In this document: in pieces, positions 18,606 through 23,751 of the stretch
How the letters are laid out: the number at the start of each line of letters is the position of its first letter
Position numbering within the stretch: position 1 is the first letter of the stretch
Source of the DNA: Candidatus Bipolaricaulota bacterium
GTDB lineage: Bacteria > Bipolaricaulota > Bipolaricaulia > UBA7950 > UBA9294
DNA length: 23,751 bases
Reading direction: 5' to 3'
NCBI GenBank assembly: GCA_040752575.1
Contig: JBFMGK010000059.1
Location: 1-23,751, forward strand
Position numbers and translations under genes: made by a program
Notes under the pieces: model-generated
Databases searched by the model: none
Seen by the model: the letters and a program-made list of their open reading frames with translations, nothing else
What the model was told of the DNA's origin: nothing

Positions 18606-19583
18606 CTAGACCGCGTGGATCTCGACGATGTCGCCATCTGCGAGCCGATGCTCCGATGGAACCTGCTGGCCGTCGAATCGCCCTGAGCCCCAAACCCTGA
18701 CATACTTGAGACGCTCGACAAGGTCTCGATGCACCATCCGCACGGCGTCGAGCGCCGTGCTGCCGATCGGCAAGGTGTACGGCTCCTCGAGGTCCGGCTT
18801 CTTCCCGGGGAGCTTGGTGTAGATGCGGAGGATTCCCAGAGCGTCAAATGCCATCCGCCGCAGGTCGTCCAGTCCGCTCCCTGTCCTCGCGGACACGACA
18901 ACGCCGGGAAACGGGAGGTCGGCGAGTCGCAGTGCGGTGTTGCGAGTCAAATCGGCCTTGTTGAGAACGATTCTCGCCGTCACCCGAGTCACAGAGTCAT
19001 CGGCCCCACGCCCCGGAGCCGAGATGAGCTGGATGCGCCGCTCCTCGGCCCAGGCCAGGATCTCGTCGAGGTAGTCTTCCAACAGATCGGCCTCGTCGGC
19101 CGCCAGGACGAGAAAAGCGACGTCTGCAGCGCGGATGAGGCTGTAGACCCAGGGCTCGGTGTATTCCTCGGAAAGCGGAGGGAGATCGACAATCTGGATT
19201 CTCACGTCCTCGAACTGCATCATTCCAGGCACGGGCACCAGCGTGGAGAACGGGTAATCGGCGATCTCCGGGCGAGCGTTCGTGAGTGCGGCCACGAGGC
19301 TGGACTTCCCGCTGTTCGGTGGCCCGACAAGAACCACCTGGCCCGCGCCTTCTTTGGCTACGTGATCGTGGGCCGGCCCTCCCTTCCCCTTCTTTGCGCT
19401 CTGACTGGCGTCGCGGAATTTCGCGATCTGCCGACGGATGTCGCCCACCATGTGATCCGTCCCCTTGTGCTTTGGGATCGTCCGCAGCATGTCTTCGAGC
19501 GCGACGAGTTTCTCTTCCGGGGTTCGCGATCTGTGAAAGCGTTCGCGTGCTTTGAGAAACTCAGGGGTCAGGTTCGCCGGCAT
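18606..19583 (-). CDS. DRG/Rbg1-like OBG-family GTPase with C-terminal TGS domain (325 aa)
   Basis: MPANLTPE..IPKHKGT N-terminus, G1 GPPNSGKS, G2 YPFST, G3 DLPP, G4 NKAD, G5 VSA, TGS (IYTK..VH..RVWG..LADGDIVEIH). ATG 19583 with GAGGAG SD. Confidence 0.92.
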   Translation of the reverse strand: MPANLTPEFLKARERFHRSRTPEEKLVALEDMLRTIPKHKGTDHMVGDIRRQIAKFRDASQSAKKGKGGPAHDHVAKEGAGQVVLVGPPNSGKSSLVAALTNARPEIADYPFSTLVPVPGMMQFEDVRIQIVDLPPLSEEYTEPWVYSLIRAADVAFLVLAADEADLLEDYLDEILAWAEERRIQLISAPGRGADDSVTRVTARIVLNKADLTRNTALRLADLPFPGVVVSARTGSGLDDLRRMAFDALGILRIYTKLPGKKPDLEEPYTLPIGSTALDAVRMVHRDLVERLKYVRVWGSGRFDGQQVPSEHRLADGDIVEIHAV

Positions 19584-19641
19584 CGCCCGTCTCCTCGCCC
19601 CGCGTCGCAGGGGCTCCACGCACCGAGGCTCATCCCGAATC

Positions 19642-21129
19642 CTACTCGTTGTGCGGGATCCGCAGCGTGCCTCCGCCGATGAACTCGCGGACGACCGCGT
19701 CCCCCGGGATGAGCCGAGTGTCGGCGACCTGTTCGTGACTTAGCCCCTCGACCGACTCCAGAAGTCGGGAGATGCGGCGGTGCCGGATCTGCGCGTCAAG
19801 AAAGGACGGATACGCACGGAGATCCGCGGCCGTCGGCCAGAGACTCGCTTCCCCGGCGAAGAAGGGCTTGAGCGCTGGGAGGTCGAACGGCATCCCGCCG
19901 TTGATCGCGCAGTCCGCCAGTCCCTTCAAGGGGATAATCGAGAAGAGCTCTCCCTCTCGCACGTAGTGCCAGTGCAGGAGCGTCGCGAGCGGTGCGTGGT
20001 TCCGATGCTTCGCATCGCGGAGCGTGCGGCGAAGCAGTCGTACGTCTTCGTACCGCGTCAGCCGACGGTCCGTCCGGTCTCCGTGGTAAAGAGGCATCAT
20101 CGGATTCGGCTCGTACAGCGGGTTCATGGCCTCGATGTAGACGCGAAAGATCGCCCCGCGGTCGATTCCCGCCGTGATCGGCGGGTAGAACCCATGCAGG
20201 CAGTCAAGAAGCAGGATCTGACCGGGCTCTCGAACCACGCGCTTCGTCCCCGCCCGCCGGCCTTCCTTGAACGAGTACACGGGGCGGTCGATCGGGTCGC
20301 CTTCGAGAAGAGCACGAAGGTGCTCATTCATGAGCTGAATGTCCAGCGCCTCCGGCGTTTCGAAGTTGCGGTCGTCGATCCAGTCCGTCGGATGCTCGAT
20401 CAGCGACCAGAAGTAGTCATCGAGGTTCAGCATCAGGAAGCGCATTCCCAGTTTCTCAAGGCGCTGGGTGAGCTTGACGGTCGTCGTCGTCTTCCCAGAC
20501 GACGAAGGTCCGCTAACCCAGATCATCCGTAGCGTGTCCCCGGCCTCGATGCGCTCGACGACGCGGCGCGCGGCCTCATCGAGCGCCCCCTCGTACTCGG
20601 CAATCGCCGCATCTACAAGCCCCCCGATCCTCCCCGAGCGCACGATCTCGTTCAGCCCTTCGACCGTGTCGCACTCATGCGCGCGATTCCACGCGACGTA
20701 TCGTCCGACTTCGCCCTCGGGGTAACCGTTGCGGACGAACTGCCCCTCGGAAATTGCCGCCTCGCGCACCCAGTGGTGCCCCCAGCGGAAACACGTATAG
20801 GCGTCCGCCACTTTCGTGAAGCCGTTGCTACGAAGGACGTGTACGACGACGTTCTGTATCTCCTCGACGGTCGGCGGGAAGTTCGACACGTGATGACGCT
20901 CATCGGCGTTGAGGCACACGACAACCAGATCTGACAGGAATTGGGCGATCCCGTCATCTGTCTCGCCGGCCGCAAAGATGCGATCATTGATGCCGGGCAG
21001 GTAGTCCTGTTCGAATCCGCCGACGGATGAAGCGGCCCGGAGGATGACGCGGACGATTCGGTCCTGGTCAAACGCAACGAGAGAGTGGTTCCGCTTGCGG
21101 ATCTTTCCGATCTTGTTGACGACAGCCAT
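19642..21129 (-). CDS. ATP-cone-fused uridine-kinase-like P-loop kinase (about 495 aa)
   Basis: N-terminal IRKRNHSLVAFDQDRIVRVILRAA..TVEEIQNVVVHVL..VADAY (ATP cone). Kinase motifs SGPSSSGKTT, LDDYF, NFETPEALD, RLLRRTLRD and W..VREGE..I.P. Confidence 0.85.
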   Translation of the reverse strand: MAVVNKIGKIRKRNHSLVAFDQDRIVRVILRAASSVGGFEQDYLPGINDRIFAAGETDDGIAQFLSDLVVVCLNADERHHVSNFPPTVEEIQNVVVHVLRSNGFTKVADAYTCFRWGHHWVREAAISEGQFVRNGYPEGEVGRYVAWNRAHECDTVEGLNEIVRSGRIGGLVDAAIAEYEGALDEAARRVVERIEAGDTLRMIWVSGPSSSGKTTTTVKLTQRLEKLGMRFLMLNLDDYFWSLIEHPTDWIDDRNFETPEALDIQLMNEHLRALLEGDPIDRPVYSFKEGRRAGTKRVVREPGQILLLDCLHGFYPPITAGIDRGAIFRVYIEAMNPLYEPNPMMPLYHGDRTDRRLTRYEDVRLLRRTLRDAKHRNHAPLATLLHWHYVREGELFSIIPLKGLADCAINGGMPFDLPALKPFFAGEASLWPTAADLRAYPSFLDAQIRHRRISRLLESVEGLSHEQVADTRLIPGDAVVREFIGGGTLRIPHNE

Positions 21130-21138
21130 GGCCGGCAC

Positions 21139-21185
21139 ATTATAGCCGGCTGCCGGACCCGTCGGCCGACCGCAGGTCGACCGAC
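21139..21185 (-). promoter_or_regulatory. Perfect -10 (TATAAT) and upstream 11-bp hairpin
   Basis: TATAAT at 21144-21139, 9 nt before ATG 21129. Minus-strand GTCGGTCGACC-tgc-GGTCGGCCGAC (21185-21161; one G-U pair). Confidence 0.6.
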
Positions 21186-21195
21186 AGGCCTGTAC

Positions 21196-21867
21196 CTAGC
21201 GTCCCGTCGCCTCCGCCGCCGGCGTCCAGAGGGGTTCGTGCAGTGCCACCCCGGCAGCGCGCAGCTCGTCAAAGACCTCCCGCGCCTCCCATTGCCTGCA
21301 CCCGTCGAGCACGAGCGCTCTTGGATTCCCAAGAAGCCACTCGTCGTGCAGGGCTTCGAGGTCGCGCAGGTACTCGAGGGGGATCGCCGTCTCCTCATTT
21401 CGGCCGCGAACCACGATGCGCTCGTGGCAGACGTCGGCCGGCGTCCTCAAGTAGACGATCTTGTCGGGTTCGGCGCACCAGTTCTTCTGCAGCCAGTCCC
21501 AGAGCTTGCTGTACAACTGCCACTCGGTCTTGGACATCAGCCCCGTCTGGTAGCAGTTCTTGGCGAACACATACCGGTCGCAGTAGATCGACCGCTCAAG
21601 GACCACGTTGGCGTGGTCCGTCAGCGCGAGGACTTCCGTCCATGTCTTCGCGCGCGTCGTAAACGCCGCCAGCTGGAAGGTGAAGGCCCAACGCGGCGCG
21701 TCGCGATAGAACAGGTCAAGAAGGTTCTCCTCGAACTCCTTCTGCCAAGTCCCAACGGGTTCCTCAACGAACGCGAAGAGCCCCGACGCCGCCAGCCTTC
21801 GCCCCACCGTGCTCTTGCCCGCCGCGATGTTCCCCTCAAAGAGAATCATGGTTTGATAGTCCCTCAC
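21196..21867 (-). CDS. Deoxynucleoside kinase (dNK family)
   Basis: ILFEGNIAAGKST, EEPVGTW, FYRDAPRWAFTFQ, LERSIYCDRYVF and PDKIVYLR..ERIVVRGRNEE..YL..L..H. Start GTG 21867 (AAGGGGGG SD) or ATG 21849. Confidence 0.93.
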   Translation of the reverse strand: MRDYQTMILFEGNIAAGKSTVGRRLAASGLFAFVEEPVGTWQKEFEENLLDLFYRDAPRWAFTFQLAAFTTRAKTWTEVLALTDHANVVLERSIYCDRYVFAKNCYQTGLMSKTEWQLYSKLWDWLQKNWCAEPDKIVYLRTPADVCHERIVVRGRNEETAIPLEYLRDLEALHDEWLLGNPRALVLDGCRQWEAREVFDELRAAGVALHEPLWTPAAEATGR

Positions 21868-22180
21868 ACGCCCCCCCTTGCGCGTCCCCTTGCCGGAATC
21901 CTCTTCCACCTCACCCAGGCGATAGCGCCTGGACCATCTTACTCCCGGCGCGCAGTCCGCCGAACTTCCTCGATCCGCCGCCTCGCTGGCCAAGTTCCCC
22001 CGGATCGCCGATTTGCTCCCCTGTCTCACCTGGTCCCGAGACGAATGTCTCCGGGAGATCCGTCCGCACTCGTGGCGCGGCCCCGGGTGGCTCGTCGACC
22101 CGCTCGGCTGTCCCTGCGTGCGGAGCGAAGTCGTTCGCTCTACAATCCCATCCAGATCTCATCCGCCCTAGGAGACCCAC

Positions 22181-23260
22181 TTGCCAAACGAGAAGATCGC
22201 CACGGCCTTCGAGGCCTCGCTGTTCGACGTCCTTCGCGTCGCGTCTCGGCTCACGCGAGGCCGACCGCAGCTCGTCGCAAGAGCTCTTCGGGTTCTCCAC
22301 CATCAGCGCCAGGCCTCGGCGCGACGGGCAGGAGCTGCGGCCCGCGGACTTCATGTCCCCCCGTTTGTGATCTACAGCGTCACAGCGCACTGCAATCTGC
22401 AATGTGAAGGCTGCTATGCGCACCTACTCCACTGCCGCGATGTTCCCGAGCTGCCTACGGATCGCGTGCGTTCGCTTCTCCTTGAGGCCCGAAACCTCGG
22501 AGTCTCGGTCATTCTCCTCGCTGGCGGCGAGCCGCTTGTTCGCCCCGACCTTCTCGAGCTTCTGGCCGAGCGGCCGGACGTCCTGTTCTTGCTGTTCACG
22601 AACGGCCTGCTCCTCGAAGGCGACGTGCTTCGACGCGTCGCGCGAATGCCCCACGTTATCCCCGTCCTGAGCGTCGAGGGAGGCGAACCCGAGACCGACA
22701 GCCGCCGCGGGGCAGGCACCTTCCATCACGTCATGTCCGCCATGGATCGCCTGCAGGCGAAGAAGCTCTTCTTCGGGACTTCGACAACGCTCACGCAGCG
22801 CAACTTCGACCTCGCCACGTGCGGCGCACAGCTTCGCGCGCTCATTGCGCGCGGCTGCCGCCTCTTCTACTTCATTAACTACGTCCCCGTGAAGCCAGGA
22901 ACCGATCATCTGCAGCTGGACCCCGCCCAGGTCGCCGAACTCGACAGGCGCCTGATGGACTCCCGACGGAGACTCCCGGCAGTGTTCATCGCCTTCCCGC
23001 GAGACGAACTGGCGATGGGCGGATGTCTTGCCGCGGGGCGTGGCTTCCTTCACATCAACGCGTACGGGGACGTCGAGCCCTGTCCGTTCTCCCCCTATTC
23101 CGACGCGAGCGTCGCCGAGGCGTCGCTCGAGGAAGCGCTTTCCTCTCCGCTATTTCGCGCCATCCGCGCCGCGGGCGATCTCGACGAGACCGACGGCCGA
23201 TGCGCCCTGTGGAAGAAGAGGGAGTGGGTGGCTGGACTTGTCGAGAAGAATGGACCGTAG
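22181..23260 (+). CDS. Radical SAM protein with C-terminal Twitch/SPASM-like region
   Basis: TAHCNLQCEGCY (CxxxCxxC), GGEP, FTNG, SVEG and GCLAAGRGFLHINAYGDVEPCPF. TTG start with TAGGAGA SD. TACAAT at 22141-22146. Confidence 0.9.
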   Translation: MPNEKIATAFEASLFDVLRVASRLTRGRPQLVARALRVLHHQRQASARRAGAAARGLHVPPFVIYSVTAHCNLQCEGCYAHLLHCRDVPELPTDRVRSLLLEARNLGVSVILLAGGEPLVRPDLLELLAERPDVLFLLFTNGLLLEGDVLRRVARMPHVIPVLSVEGGEPETDSRRGAGTFHHVMSAMDRLQAKKLFFGTSTTLTQRNFDLATCGAQLRALIARGCRLFYFINYVPVKPGTDHLQLDPAQVAELDRRLMDSRRRLPAVFIAFPRDELAMGGCLAAGRGFLHINAYGDVEPCPFSPYSDASVAEASLEEALSSPLFRAIRAAGDLDETDGRCALWKKREWVAGLVEKNGP

Positions 23261-23424
23261 TCCGGGATCGGTCGTCCGATGTCCGTGGTGCGTGGCGCGG
23301 AACCCTCGGGCTTGATCGACTACTTCGCGCATCGCTTCTCCGCAGGACACAACCCGACCTACCCGCAGGGACCCTCGATGCGTGTACGTTCCGAACGGAC
23401 CGCGGACGATCGACGAAAGAAACT

Positions 23425-23695
23425 GCCTGTGCGTGGTCCCATCGAAGGAAGGAAAGAGGCGCTTCGCGGGGAGCCGACTCAGGCCAAGGGATCCCCTAAC
23501 ACCCGCAGAGGTCAGCTTACCGCTGCTCCCTTCCGGGCCTGACGGGGTTCACCGACATGCGCCGCAGGGGGCTCAGCCCTCATCGCCGGCCGGCCCGTGG
23601 ACGGACCCTCCCGCCCTCCCCCTCCGGGAACCCTTCGGCTCCACGAAAGCGGGTTGTGGATGTAGGGGACCGCTAGCCCCCCACCTAGCACAGGC
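23425..23695 (-). ncRNA. ffs: Large bacterial SRP RNA (Alu plus S domain, about 271 nt)
   Basis: Minus strand has the helix-8 signature GTGAACCCCGTCAGGCCCGGAAGGGAGCAGCGGTAAGC, a Bacillus scRNA-like 5' Alu domain (GTGCTAGGTGGGGGGCTAGCGGTCCCCT..CAACCCGCT), a closing helix GCCTGTGC/GCACAGGC and a T-rich tail. Confidence 0.92.
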
Positions 23696-23751
23696 TGGCG
23701 GAGGGGGCGGGATTTGAACCCGCGGTACCCGAATCGGGTACACCTGTTCTC
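23696..23751 (-). tRNA. tRNA-Ser (NGA), 3' half only, CCA encoded
   Basis: Minus strand GA GA ACAGG, long variable arm GTACCCG-ATT-CGGGTAC, GCGGG TTCAAAT CCCGC, CCCCTCC G CCA. A long arm, G73 and anticodon ending GA indicate Ser. The first anticodon base is outside the window. Confidence 0.88.

Noticed and set aside
20083..20127. Short internal peptide duplication MNPLYE/MMPLYH in the ATP-cone kinase
   Set aside because: Degenerate at DNA level and in frame; probably a neutral loop duplication
23279..23717. ORFs 23279..23542 and 23382..23717 as a possible RiPP precursor for the radical SAM enzyme
   Set aside because: They run antisense across the SRP RNA/tRNA and lack an SD or precursor features; no RRE, peptidase or exporter nearby

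Overview
GC-rich bacterial chromosomal window, mostly housekeeping. It is bounded by two partial minus-strand tRNA genes (tRNA-Pro(GGG) at the left edge, tRNA-Ser at the right edge). Left to right: an ECF sigma / zinc anti-sigma operon with two small uncharacterised genes sharing a motif; beta-carbonic anhydrase; TlpA-like thioredoxin; a small RHH-like protein; a LolA/RseB-fold protein; a stand-alone GAF protein; ligA-rlmN; an lhr-pus10-alternative sigma70 operon; an ArsB/NhaD transporter and an MBL hydrolase; a phage-type replication initiator plus DnaC-like loader pair; a DRG/OBG-TGS GTPase; an ATP-cone kinase; a deoxynucleoside kinase; a radical SAM enzyme; and a large (Alu-domain) SRP RNA. 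NAD-dependent LigA and the sigma factors make it bacterial. Archaeal-flavoured genes (Pus10, DRG-type GTPase) and the large SRP suggest a deep-branching lineage such as Bipolaricaulota, which is inference only. The best leads are (1) the apparently auto-regulated ECF/soluble-ZAS operon with two paralogous FYxxLxxxG..TxxY proteins, (2) an isolated, possibly domesticated phage initiator-loader module, (3) bacterial Pus10, (4) the ATP-cone kinase next to dNK, and (5) a candidate structured RNA at 3167-3341. No CRISPR array, transposase or integrase was seen. All calls come from reading motifs by eye; no searches were run.
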